A stretch of DNA of 64,000 nt, from NCBI GenBank assembly GCA_963729715.1, contig CAVSPA010000005.1:288001-352000 (forward strand), in the 5' to 3' direction. The position numbers were made by a program, and so were the translations under genes. Below the pieces are notes generated by a model, which made no database searches, was not told the origin of the DNA, and was given only the letters and a program-made list of their open reading frames with translations. The DNA comes from an uncultured delta proteobacterium. Its GTDB lineage: Bacteria > Desulfobacterota > Syntrophia > Syntrophales > UBA2185. Of the stretch, positions 1 to 9,198 are shown piece by piece. Each line of letters begins with the position of its first letter. Position 1 is the first letter of the stretch.

Positions 1-402
1 GCAGTAATCGACGCACCCTGGTTCCGGGGGAGGAGTCGGACAGTAGGACTTATCCTTGTACGAAGTGAAATAGGGGGTATTATGGAGATAGTCTTTGGCC
101 GCAGCCGGGAGTCTGAAGGACATAAGCCCGATCCGCATATTGTTCGCGTTCGCATTAACCAAACCCAGCAGCTGCCTGCGGCCCTCGACAGACCTGCTGC
201 CGGTTGCCCAGGAACAGATGGCGTTTCCCAAAAAATCCTCGTCCATTTTGTTTGAGTTGTCCAGGATGATAAGCACGTTGGGCTGAAGGTTGCTTAAAAA
301 TATGTCCGCCTCGTCGGCGTAAACTGATTTAACGCCGCCTAGGACAACTGTGAGAGATAACCAGATAATGACTATAATGATATTTCTAAATATCGTCCCC
401 AT
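1..402 (-). CDS. pilY1: PilY1/PilC-like type IV pilus tip adhesin, N-terminal part (runs off the window edge)
   Basis: Not in the ORF track; hand translation from ATG at 402 (SD AAGGAG upstream): MGTIFRNIIIVIIWLSLTVVLGGVKSVYADEADIFLSNLQPNVLIILDNSNKM...MRIGLMSF. Signal peptide plus vWA-type PNVLIILDNS motif; follows pilX. Confidence 0.8.
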   Translation of the reverse strand, partial: MGTIFRNIIIVIIWLSLTVVLGGVKSVYADEADIFLSNLQPNVLIILDNSNKMDEDFLGNAICSWATGSRSVEGRRQLLGLVNANANNMRIGLMSFRLPAAAKDYLHNTPYFTSYKDKSYCPTPPPEPGCVDYC

Positions 403-432
403 AGAACACTCCTTTACCTCGCGGAAACACCG

Positions 433-759
433 TTAATGTAAAACGACCTCCTTTAATACACCGTTTATGAACGTCAGATCCGCCATTATCTTCTTCGCGG
501 AGACGCGACTCGTGCCGGTAAGATCGGTCACATTGACACCGTTCAGATCATAGCTCCCGCCGTTTTCCAGGTAGAGCACATTATTTGCGATGGTCTTTAC
601 AAGTTGAGAGGATTTAGAAAACTGTGTCTGATTCGAGGGCTGGGCGCCTGTCCCGCTTACGGCGCCGGTCTCCATCCGAGCCCCTGCATCGGTGACGGAA
701 AAAAGAAACAAAAAAGATATAATCAAAACATATAGAATTTTCTGGTTTTTCGACATCAT
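433..759 (-). CDS. Small exported hypothetical protein in the pilin operon
   Basis: Strong SD GAGGAGGTG; hydrophobic signal peptide ending DAGA; lies between pilX and pilY1. Confidence 0.7.
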   Translation of the reverse strand: MMSKNQKILYVLIISFLFLFSVTDAGARMETGAVSGTGAQPSNQTQFSKSSQLVKTIANNVLYLENGGSYDLNGVNVTDLTGTSRVSAKKIMADLTFINGVLKEVVLH

Positions 760-901
760 TCACCTCCTCGTCATTTCCCCCGAGCTGACGCCAGTTCCGC
801 CGATACTCTCAGGTTAAGGATATGCTTGCTTCTGGAAAGCATGGAAAAGTTGCGATGAACAATACAGTATGGCTTGATTTCCATGCTATTACGGTATCTC
901 C

Positions 902-1384
902 CTATCGTGACATGGTTGACATTTCCACTGGACCATATCCGATCCCCACGCCTATGGTTACCTGTGTATTATATTCCGTATTTTTCCCGATCACATCGAC
1001 ATTATATCTGCTCTGCCCCCAGCGCTGTCCGCCGCCGATTGAGTAGCCGGCAAGCGGTATCATTATCGCGCCTATAGTCGGTCGTGTGGTAGGATAATTA
1101 ATAGTATAGCTGGACACACCGTCCGCCCTGTTGACAGTCTGAGGGATGAGGACGGGGTTCTGGGGATCAAATACCTGCGAAAGGTCGTTGATACCGGTGT
1201 CCGCGGCAGCAAGGGCCCGCTTTTCTCCGACAATTTTCACGCTCACCCTGATGTCCTGTGTCGATAGAGAAATAACCAGCATTCCCAGGGCGAGGAGGAT
1301 CAGGCAGGCCATGATGGCTGCGATGAGGGCGAATCCTGCCTCGGAGTTCTTCTTGGGAAGCGTTCTCAGTATATTATTATCCAT
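902..1384 (-). CDS. pilX: PilX-like minor pilin
   Basis: Prepilin site G/FALIA (no Glu5, typical of PilX), hydrophobic helix, ALAAADTG motif. Confidence 0.85.
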   Translation of the reverse strand: MDNNILRTLPKKNSEAGFALIAAIMACLILLALGMLVISLSTQDIRVSVKIVGEKRALAAADTGINDLSQVFDPQNPVLIPQTVNRADGVSSYTINYPTTRPTIGAIMIPLAGYSIGGGQRWGQSRYNVDVIGKNTEYNTQVTIGVGIGYGPVEMSTMSR

Positions 1385-1397
1385 AGTTGCTCCAGGA

Positions 1398-2150
1398 TCA
1401 ATTGTTTCTCAGGGTCTCACGGGTCTTATAGATCATCCTTCGCGTCAGGCCTGTGCTCGGATCGATATCCTCCGTTTCGACTGCAAGCGTAATCTCTATC
1501 ATTCTTATATCTGTGGTACATCCCGGCATGCAGTTCCTCCCTACACCTGGCCCAAAAAGGAGCTCTACTCCCTGGCCGTCGAAGTAACGGAAGACCGGAA
1601 CGTTGACATCGGCGTCAGCATTGATGACTCTTACCGTCCGGGGATTGGCGCTCACGAGCGAATCCCCCAGGAAGGCTTGGGGCCCACCGCAGTTTGCTTC
1701 TCTTGTAATATACCTGTCATTGCCTGTCTGCACAAAGTTATACCTGATGATCTCGTTGCCTTCGGTTAGTGCGCCGTTACCGTCCGGATTACCGTTAGCG
1801 TCGACACCACCCGCGATATCCATTTCCACGGTGATCGAATTCGCTGTAGCCTCCTGTATTCCCTTGTATGTCTGATTTGCAGACGGGGTAGTGCAAAAGT
1901 TAGGCCCTCCCGGATTTCCGTCACTCTGCCAGACGACTGAAAATGACGGGTTATAGGAGGCCATCTTAATCTCCAGGGCCATGATCTCCAAGGCACCCCT
2001 TACATCCTGCTGGGCCGTAACCTTTCTTTCTATACCCCCGGAAGACCTTGATGCCGACTCGATGGCGACGCCGATGGCGAAGAGCATAATGAGCGAGACG
2101 CAAATGGCTATCGCGATCTCGACAAGTGTGAAACCTCTTGCGTCATTCAT
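1398..2150 (-). CDS. pilW: PilW-like minor pilin
   Basis: Start reassigned to MNDARG/FTLVE (ATG 2150); QQDVRGALEIMALEIKMA resembles the PilW motif. Confidence 0.85.
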   Translation of the reverse strand: MNDARGFTLVEIAIAICVSLIMLFAIGVAIESASRSSGGIERKVTAQQDVRGALEIMALEIKMASYNPSFSVVWQSDGNPGGPNFCTTPSANQTYKGIQEATANSITVEMDIAGGVDANGNPDGNGALTEGNEIIRYNFVQTGNDRYITREANCGGPQAFLGDSLVSANPRTVRVINADADVNVPVFRYFDGQGVELLFGPGVGRNCMPGCTTDIRMIEITLAVETEDIDPSTGLTRRMIYKTRETLRNN

Positions 2151-2163
2151 ACGGTTTGACCCA

Positions 2164-2649
2164 TTAGAAACCAACCGGCACGGCATTTGACCCATTCACA
2201 CACCCTGCCGGAAATCTGAAACTTTCCTGTTGCGCAACATCGGCGCTCTCCACAAGATTTCTGTAATTGCGCGCCACTTGATCCGGCCACGTAACCGTAA
2301 CGGTAACGGTCCATATATTTGCGGGACCGACAACAGAGGCGATACTCGTGTTCACTGTGTACGTGGCATCCCCACGAACCTCTGCCCCCAGACCGCTGAC
2401 AATGATGGTTTGCACCGGCCGATTTCCCGTGGGAACAATGTTGCAGGGATTCATGATCCATGCCTCCCGGAGTTCAAGCTCTCTATGCATGATGCCGGCC
2501 CCCCTGCCCATGTAGTCCGATTTTCCTACGGTTCGCCATGCCGAGGGCTGCATTGACAAAATTGCCATGACGCCGACGGTGACCAAAAACATGGCGATGA
2601 CCACCTCGATGAGACCGATACCCCGTTTAGACAATATTAAACGTGACAT
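2164..2649 (-). CDS. pilV: PilV-like minor pilin
   Basis: KRG/IGLIEVVIAM prepilin motif, VTVTVTW near the C-terminus. Confidence 0.8.
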   Translation of the reverse strand: MSRLILSKRGIGLIEVVIAMFLVTVGVMAILSMQPSAWRTVGKSDYMGRGAGIMHRELELREAWIMNPCNIVPTGNRPVQTIIVSGLGAEVRGDATYTVNTSIASVVGPANIWTVTVTVTWPDQVARNYRNLVESADVAQQESFRFPAGCVNGSNAVPVGF

Positions 2650-3115
2650 ACGTTCTTCCCGTCAAATTGACTGTAATTGTGGCTCGAGAGTTTCTGCTGT
2701 TCTGCAGGACCACGCCGTCGAGAACTGCATTTCCCAGGGGTGATACTGTGCCTCTGGGGTTAAAAACAACCGTCTGCAATGCGCCCGGACCAAATGTGGC
2801 GCTGAAGATTGTAATATCTGACCCGAACGTTGAGGGGCTCTTGGTCGTCAGGTTGGTGACAACTGCGTTCACCACCGACTGTATCGTATAGCTGCCGGGG
2901 ACAGGAGTATTAAAGGCAATTTGATATGTAATGCTTTCGGAAATCGCTCTTTCCTTGTATATGGCAAAGTCAGAAGCAATATCTCTCGCTGCGCTCCTGA
3001 GATTTCTATTTATAGTATAACTTTGCAGCCACAATCCAGCGATGGTTGAAATGAATGCCAGCAGAAAGACGACGATCATCAGCTCCACCAGCGTGAATCC
3101 TTTAGGTCGTTTCAT
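2627..3115 (-). CDS. fimT: FimT/FimU (GspH-like) minor pilin
   Basis: MKRPKG/FTLVELMIVV, VFNPRG, C-terminal TGRTYV. Confidence 0.85.
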   Translation of the reverse strand: MKRPKGFTLVELMIVVFLLAFISTIAGLWLQSYTINRNLRSAARDIASDFAIYKERAISESITYQIAFNTPVPGSYTIQSVVNAVVTNLTTKSPSTFGSDITIFSATFGPGALQTVVFNPRGTVSPLGNAVLDGVVLQNSRNSRATITVNLTGRTYVTFNIV

Positions 3116-3116
3116 A

Positions 3117-3926
3117 CTATTTCTTCCCGTCAATGAGGTCTAACAGTTCTGCCTCGGGTAAAGCCCCTATTTTGAGTCTGCCATCCGGCAGTATCAGTGA
3201 GGGTGTTACCCCAATCCCCAGCAAGTTGGCAAGCTTCATAGAATTATCTATCTCAGCGGTGGCACACTCCGTCTTAGGAATCTCCCTCTTTTCGAAGTTA
3301 TCATCCAGCATCTTCACCGATTTGTTGCAGACGATGCTCTTTGCCTTCCAGTAAGCGTCTTTATGAAACTCCAAAGGCAAAAACTTTATATAAAATGCTA
3401 TGTCCTTTCTTTTGGCTATGAGCTGTTTCATCGTCTGGTGAAACTGTCTGCAGAATGGACAATCAGGGTCTGTAAATACGACTACCTTTTTCGCTGCGTC
3501 CTTCTCCCCCAGGACGAGGGCATCAGTCAGCGGAATCTTCGCTATGTCGATCCTTTTATTGTCTTCAATCCTGCGAATAGCCTCCATGGTCTTGCTGGTC
3601 ATGGTAGACACTTCTACGAAATTACCACCAAGGATCAGATAGTTTTTATCAACGTCAAGATAAAATATCTTCGTCTGTCCCATGATATCGATAACTACTT
3701 CACAGACGCCCTTGATGGGACTGTCCGCGATGCCGAGCACCTTCGCATCAGGCAAGTTGAGCTTCTTTAATATCTCTGTTATCCCTTCCCCGCCTAAGGA
3801 GACGCAGTCTTTCTTTACCTGGCCCGTTTCTGCTCCCCACGCGCTGCCATATCCTGAAGAAGCGGAGACAAAAAGCAATGCACACGATAGACATAAGAAA
3901 GCAGAGAATAAGCTTTTTCTTGTCAA
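3117..3926 (-). CDS. dsbC: DsbC-family periplasmic thiol:disulfide isomerase
   Basis: FTDPDCPFC active site, GVTP cis-Pro loop, signal peptide; probable TTG start at 3926 after SD AGAGGT (track ORF extends to 4007). Confidence 0.88.
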   Translation of the reverse strand: MTRKSLFSAFLCLSCALLFVSASSGYGSAWGAETGQVKKDCVSLGGEGITEILKKLNLPDAKVLGIADSPIKGVCEVVIDIMGQTKIFYLDVDKNYLILGGNFVEVSTMTSKTMEAIRRIEDNKRIDIAKIPLTDALVLGEKDAAKKVVVFTDPDCPFCRQFHQTMKQLIAKRKDIAFYIKFLPLEFHKDAYWKAKSIVCNKSVKMLDDNFEKREIPKTECATAEIDNSMKLANLLGIGVTPSLILPDGRLKIGALPEAELLDLIDGKK

Positions 3927-4115
3927 TGCGCCACCTCTCTTGCTATTATTTTGACACTTTTTTATCTCATATTTTCTGAGTGAAATCAAGAAATCCATTC
4001 CTTGCAAACGTTAAATGGCGCGGTATCTTACAATATGGCAGGGTTTAGACGGTACAGACGGGCCCCTCAGTAAAGGGGCCGTAGGCTAACTTCATCACAG
4101 AAGGTCATTTCAATC

Positions 4116-4211
4116 GTCCGGCAACCCTGCCGCCGTATCCGCTTTAATAAAGAAGATTTAGGCCAGTGGCTTTACGTCCCGTCCTTTCGGACAGTTTGCC
4201 TTTTTCAGGAC
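4116..4211 (-). ncRNA. c-di-GMP-I (GEMM) riboswitch
   Basis: Minus strand: GGCAAAC-TGTCC-GAAA-GGACG-GGACGTAAAGCCACTGGCCTAAA...TACGGCGGCAGGGTTGCCG. Shows the GNRA loop, receptor and the G14/G20/A47/C92 equivalents. Confidence 0.9.
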
Positions 4212-4278
4212 TCTTTTTATGATTTCAAAGATTATACGGTTTCTTCAGGGAGTCTTGCTATTCTCCCTCTCCATATTC

Positions 4279-4305
4279 ATATCGGCAATAAAAGAAAAAT
4301 CTTTA
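4279..4305 (-). promoter_or_regulatory. sigma28 (FliA)-type promoter
   Basis: TAAA-N15-GCCGATAT (TAAAGATT...GCCGATAT), about 65 nt upstream of the riboswitch. Confidence 0.7.
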
Positions 4306-4345
4306 GTGCTTTTTCCAAATAAAATTTACAACTAAATATCTATGA

Positions 4346-4361
4346 TGCAATCAATATGCCA
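4346..4361 (-). promoter_or_regulatory. sigma54 (RpoN) -24/-12 promoter
   Basis: TGGCAT-ATTGA-TTGCA with exact GG-N10-GC spacing. Confidence 0.7.
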
Positions 4362-4657
4362 CGCAGTGCACGTCCGCAGCCATCGCATGAACAAAACCAA
4401 ACGCTTGCAATTTTCGCAAATTAGATTCGCCTTATCAGATCGAACGAGAAAAACATCTCGGGCGTCTGACTAAGAATCGGTGATTTTGACCAATCATTTG
4501 CATGAAATTTGTCCGAAAATTGACTTACGTTTATTGGGTATTTTTTCAATTAAATGGTGTGGATTTCTTGCTTGACACGTTATAGGTGCTGTGTTACAGC
4601 TCACACCTGTCCGGGCCGCTGCAGGAAAATTCGCTAAGATTTAAGATACATGACCAT

Positions 4658-5356
4658 ATGGACGATACTGCCACCAAAGAAAGAGAGGAGTTTCTTTCGA
4701 TCGCGGAAGCCTATATAGAGAAGAGTCTGTATAAAGAGGCGTCACATATAACCGAGTCATGGTTAAAGCGTTACCCCATCGATGCTGATGCGAATATTAT
4801 CCGCTGCCACGCACTCCTCAAGATGGGGAATATTGAGAAAGTCAGTGAAGTCCTCGATGATCTGGAAGCAAAGGTCCTTGAATTGTCGCGCATCTACAAT
4901 CATGTTGGTGATCTCTGCCTGAATGCAGGACTGACGAAAGAGGCAACTAAATTTTATCGGAAATTTATATTTCTGAATCCCACTGTAGCGAGTGCAAAAG
5001 GAATCTACGATAAGGTCAATAACCTCGCAGCGCAAATGGATGAATCAGACGTCGAAGGAGATGCGGTAACGCATAGTCGTTCTGACGATGTTGTAACTGA
5101 TTTCTGCACCACAACCCTGGCTGAGCTGTACATCAGACAGGGTCACTTTGATATGGCTATCAATGTGCTCCGTGAGATACTCAAAAGAGAACCGGAAAAC
5201 AGATTGGTTGCAGATAGGTTAAGCGATGTAACGGCGATGCAGCGTGACCGCATCGGAGAAAAGACATCTTTACATATAGAGCAAGATGAGGCCGTAATCA
5301 AGGAGCTCTCAAGATGGCTCGAAAATGTAGGCAGGTTAAGAAGCCATGCATCGTGA
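4658..5356 (+). CDS. Tetratricopeptide repeat protein
   Basis: TPR helices and TTTLAELYIRQGH motif; likely ATG at 4658. Confidence 0.75.
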   Translation: MDDTATKEREEFLSIAEAYIEKSLYKEASHITESWLKRYPIDADANIIRCHALLKMGNIEKVSEVLDDLEAKVLELSRIYNHVGDLCLNAGLTKEATKFYRKFIFLNPTVASAKGIYDKVNNLAAQMDESDVEGDAVTHSRSDDVVTDFCTTTLAELYIRQGHFDMAINVLREILKREPENRLVADRLSDVTAMQRDRIGEKTSLHIEQDEAVIKELSRWLENVGRLRSHAS

Positions 5357-6434
5357 CTCTCCGGCACCTCCTGAAAGGATGGCAAGAGTCAGGGATATTC
5401 TTCATGAGCTTGATATCGACGCCCTGCTTCTTCTTGATATGAAGAATATCCGGTATCTTACGGGATTCACAGGCAGTGACGGTGCGCTAGTGATAGGAGA
5501 AAAGCAAGAGACTCTTCTTGTTGACGGCCGCTATACTAATCAGGCGAAAAAAGAAGTCGAGGGGTGCCATATCTCTGAATACAAAGAAAAAATAGATGGA
5601 ATCACGACGATTCTTTCGGACGGTAATTTGACATCCGTCGGGTTTGAATCGCAAGCGATGAATGTCAATATCTATTTGAACCTGAAGGATAAACTCGGCG
5701 CCTTGAGCTTGAACCCGCTCTCCAACGAAATCGCTGCCCTCAGAACCGTCAAAGATGAGAAAGAAATCGCGTGTATCAGAAGAGCAGCAGAAATATCGTG
5801 TGAGGCTCTTACTGCCGTTCGAGATCTTATAAAGCCGGGCGTAAGAGAGACTGATATCGCCATAGAACTGGATTTCCAGATGAGGAGACGCGGTGCGGAA
5901 CAAGTTTCCTTCCCGACCATTGTGGCGTCGGGAGCAAACTCAGCGCAACCTCACGCGCAGCCGGGATTGCGGGCGATTGAAAATGGAGATATGGTAATAA
6001 TAGATTACGGCGCTGTACATTGCGGTTATCATTCTGATGAAACCTGCACTTTTGCCGTAGGCTATAAAGACAAGAAACAGGAAGAGACATACTCCCTGGT
6101 AAAGACTGCTCACGACAGGGCATTGGCGGCTGTCAAAGCCGGCATCCCTTGTGTAGAAATCGACCGCATTGCCAGAGAGTGCATTGAGACTGGCAAGCTG
6201 GGCAAGTATTTTACGCATGGTACAGGCCACGGTGTCGGGCTTGATGTCCACGAATCGCCGCGGATTACAAGCAATTCGGAAATGGTCCTTGAGGCGGGGA
6301 TGGTATTGACCATAGAACCCGGTGTCTATATCCCGGACCTCTGGGGCGTCCGCATTGAAGATATGATATTGGTTAAAGGGGAAGGGTGTGAGGTCTTGAC
6401 AAGAGTGTCGAAGGACTTCACAGTGCTCCATTGA
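5346..6434 (+). CDS. Xaa-Pro aminopeptidase (M24 family)
   Basis: NIRYLTGFTGS, HGTGHGVGLDVHESP, TIEPGVY, GVRIED. Confidence 0.95.
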   Translation: MHRDSPAPPERMARVRDILHELDIDALLLLDMKNIRYLTGFTGSDGALVIGEKQETLLVDGRYTNQAKKEVEGCHISEYKEKIDGITTILSDGNLTSVGFESQAMNVNIYLNLKDKLGALSLNPLSNEIAALRTVKDEKEIACIRRAAEISCEALTAVRDLIKPGVRETDIAIELDFQMRRRGAEQVSFPTIVASGANSAQPHAQPGLRAIENGDMVIIDYGAVHCGYHSDETCTFAVGYKDKKQEETYSLVKTAHDRALAAVKAGIPCVEIDRIARECIETGKLGKYFTHGTGHGVGLDVHESPRITSNSEMVLEAGMVLTIEPGVYIPDLWGVRIEDMILVKGEGCEVLTRVSKDFTVLH

Positions 6435-6480
6435 TACTAAAAAAGGAATGCAATAAATTCATGTATTAGGATGCCGCGCT

Positions 6481-6879
6481 ATGAAGGTATTTCCAGATGA
6501 TCTTCTTTACAACAGGGAACATGCATGGGTCAGGGTTGAAGGTGAATTAGCTACCATTGGTATCACGGATTACGCCCAGGAAAAATTGGGAGAAATCCTC
6601 GCTATAGAACTGCCCGAAGTTGACTCTTATGTGGAAAGGGACGAACCTTTCGGAACTATTGAATCTGCAAAGGGTGTATTCGAGCTTATTTCACCCGTGA
6701 GTGGTGAGATCGTGAGTGTCAACGAGGACATATTGGACGACATTGGCATTGTCAACAGTGACCCCCACGATACAGGATGGATGATCATTCTGGAGATGTC
6801 GGATTCGGAGGAGCTTGACGATCTCCTGGATCCAAGAGAATACCATGACTTTGTACTTAAAGAAGCGGAGAGTGACTGA
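6481..6879 (+). CDS. gcvH: Glycine cleavage H protein (lipoyl carrier)
   Basis: HAWV, IGITDYAQ, IESAK (lipoyl Lys), SPVSG, NSDP..GW. Confidence 0.95.
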   Translation: MKVFPDDLLYNREHAWVRVEGELATIGITDYAQEKLGEILAIELPEVDSYVERDEPFGTIESAKGVFELISPVSGEIVSVNEDILDDIGIVNSDPHDTGWMIILEMSDSEELDDLLDPREYHDFVLKEAESD

Positions 6880-6888
6880 CCCTGTTTC

Positions 6889-7734
6889 ATGATATGGAGA
6901 TTCCTTTCATTCAAGCGCTTTAATGCCTTTGAAAACATGGCCATTGACGAGGCCATATTCCGGGAAAATCAACGAACCGATTCAACGCCCACACTCAGAT
7001 TCTACAGTTGGTCCCCCCCCTCAGTGTCTCTGGGATATTTTCAGGCGGCCCGGAAAGAGGTTAATGTTGAAGCGTGCAGAACATATTCGGTAGACATCGT
7101 CAGGCGCCCGACAGGGGGGAAAGCTGTCCTTCATGAAAATGACCTGACCTATGCCGTAATTGCCAGCGAGCATAATCCCCTCTTCCCACCGGACATCCTG
7201 GGAACATATAAGGTCATCAGTGACTGCATCGCCGGAGGACTAGCGGAGCTTGGGATAGAAGCAGAGATGGAAGACAGCGGGAGGTCATATCAGGACGACT
7301 CCCTGAAAGCCGCCTGCTTTTCGTCTCCTTCCCGATATGAGCTTCTGGCCAAGAGAAAGAAGATATGCGGCAGCGCTCAACTAAGATCAAAGGGGATTTT
7401 CCTTCAACATGGCTCAATCCTGTTGGATTTTAACCCCGCTAAGACATGTGCCCTCCTGCTGCCCGAGGAGGGCGACCGGAGTCGGCAAACCGAGAAGTTG
7501 CGCAGGTCCGTAACCTCGATATATGAGCAGGTTGGCGCTCCCGTGCCCGTAGAGAATATCTGCCGCGTCATGAAAAAGAGTTTTGAAAAGGTGCTGTATA
7601 TCAAGCTGGTAGAGGGCTGTTTGACGGCTCACGAGGAGTCCTTGAAGTTACGGCTGATGAATGATAAATACATGACTGATAGATGGAATATGGAAGGCAA
7701 GGTCGCTTTGGATGGACGTAAGAACTCTGATTAA
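6889..7734 (+). CDS. Lipoate-protein ligase / octanoyltransferase (LipM/LplA-like)
   Basis: NMAIDEA, VRRPTGGKAVLH, KKICGSAQ, LQHGSI. Confidence 0.93.
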   Translation: MIWRFLSFKRFNAFENMAIDEAIFRENQRTDSTPTLRFYSWSPPSVSLGYFQAARKEVNVEACRTYSVDIVRRPTGGKAVLHENDLTYAVIASEHNPLFPPDILGTYKVISDCIAGGLAELGIEAEMEDSGRSYQDDSLKAACFSSPSRYELLAKRKKICGSAQLRSKGIFLQHGSILLDFNPAKTCALLLPEEGDRSRQTEKLRRSVTSIYEQVGAPVPVENICRVMKKSFEKVLYIKLVEGCLTAHEESLKLRLMNDKYMTDRWNMEGKVALDGRKNSD

Positions 7735-8776
7735 GAAGGAAGTGCGCGAGCAGGAAGGTTATCAGGCCGACATCGTGCCCTCGCGCGCAAAAATGGATGC
7801 TAATGAGAGCCCCTTTTCGCTCCCCCCCACGCTTAAAAAAGAACTGTTTGACAAGATGCAAAACATTTCCTTAAACAGGTACCCGGAGCCGGGTGCGCCC
7901 CTGATCAGGAAACGCTTTGCTGGATACTATGGTGTAGCCGACGACATGATAATGATCGGCAACGGGTCTGATGAGCTTATTCAGATCCTCTGCACTGCTT
8001 TGATAAATTCATCTTCGGTCGTCATGGTTCCGGTACCGACTTTTGTCATGTACAGGATTATCGCATCAAATTCCGGTCATGCAGTTGCAGAGGTGCCCCT
8101 AAATGCCTCCTTTGATTTGGACCTCGATGCAATGCTGAACCGGATTGCCACTGATGCACCCGTACTGACCTTCTTGAGTTACCCTAACAGTCCTACGTCA
8201 AACTGCTTCACTGAAAAGAGTGTTGCGGCCATCCTTGACGCATCAACAGGAATTGTGGTTGTCGATGAGGCTTACGGCAGCTTCGCTGGCAAAACCTTGC
8301 TGCCCTTATTGAAGAAATATGAAAACCTGGTTGTCTTAAAGACCCTCTCTAAAGTGGGACTTGCCGCCATCAGGATGGGCTTCCTGATCGGCCCCCCCAC
8401 TCTCGTGCATGAACTCGACAAGGTCAGACTCCCCTATAATATCAATACACTTTCCCAGGTCGCTGCCGGATTCTATTTGGATCACATTGATACGTTTTTG
8501 GGTCAGACCGGGGATATAATTGCAGGTCGTGAAGAGCTCCTCGGCGCTCTGGGGAAGATTGAGGGTGTACATCCCTATCCTTCAGATGCAAATTTCATTT
8601 TTTTTCGTTGCGATTTCGATACGGATAACATATACTCCATTTTAGCCCAGGAGGGAATTCTTATTAAGAACCTAAACGTTCCCGGGGTTTTAAAGAATTG
8701 TATGAGAGTGACGGTTGGTAACCGTGAAGAAAACCAAGAATTCTTAAAAGCGTTAAAGAAAATCTTTCTAAAGTAA
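7712..8776 (+). CDS. hisC: Histidinol-phosphate aminotransferase
   Basis: DANESP, NRYP, GNGSDELI, VDEAY, KTLSK, RVTVG. Confidence 0.95.
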   Translation: MDVRTLIKKEVREQEGYQADIVPSRAKMDANESPFSLPPTLKKELFDKMQNISLNRYPEPGAPLIRKRFAGYYGVADDMIMIGNGSDELIQILCTALINSSSVVMVPVPTFVMYRIIASNSGHAVAEVPLNASFDLDLDAMLNRIATDAPVLTFLSYPNSPTSNCFTEKSVAAILDASTGIVVVDEAYGSFAGKTLLPLLKKYENLVVLKTLSKVGLAAIRMGFLIGPPTLVHELDKVRLPYNINTLSQVAAGFYLDHIDTFLGQTGDIIAGREELLGALGKIEGVHPYPSDANFIFFRCDFDTDNIYSILAQEGILIKNLNVPGVLKNCMRVTVGNREENQEFLKALKKIFLK

Positions 8777-8801
8777 GGAGTGTGGTCTAACATAAGGTAA
8801 C

Positions 8802-8857
8802 AGAGGGTAGTTTACGGCAGCGGCGTAAATCGTCTGGTGTCGTACTGCCCTTTTTTT
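8802..8857 (+). terminator. Long imperfect hairpin plus T7 after hisC
   Basis: AGGGTAGT...ACTGCCCT followed by TTTTTT. Confidence 0.55.
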
Positions 8858-8923
8858 GTCCCGTTGTGGCTCAACATTTAAGCAATTTAGATTTTGTTAT
8901 TAAAAAAGAAAGGATGGATTGTT

Positions 8924-9115
8924 TTGGAAGTAAAAGTATATGATAATGACATTGAAAAGGCCTTGAAAATCCTGAAGAACAAACTTTCAAAAAGCGGATT
9001 GTTCAAGGAGCTAAAGCTGCGGAGAGCCTATGAGAAGCCTTCTGTGAAGAGGAAACGCAAAGCCATTGAAGCCCGCAGACGTTATGCCAAAGTTCAGCGC
9101 CGCAGAAGTTACTGA
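8924..9115 (+). CDS. rpsU: 30S ribosomal protein S21
   Basis: IEKALKIL...YEKPSVKRKRK; probable TTG start at 8924. Confidence 0.95.
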   Translation: MEVKVYDNDIEKALKILKNKLSKSGLFKELKLRRAYEKPSVKRKRKAIEARRRYAKVQRRRSY

Positions 9116-9198
9116 GAATTTTTTCCACAGCAAGAACCATGATCACCGAGGCCGGGGTCTCCTGCCGGATGCTAACGGAGACCCGGAGTGTACGCAAA

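Noticed and set aside
771..884. 37-aa minus-strand ORF MEIKPYCIVH... between pilX and the exported protein
   Set aside because: No recognisable motif and poor SD spacing; cannot be supported.
4199..4201. Riboswitch as the cGAMP-sensing variant known from Geobacter
   Set aside because: The discriminating position (Vc2 G20 equivalent) is G, not A.
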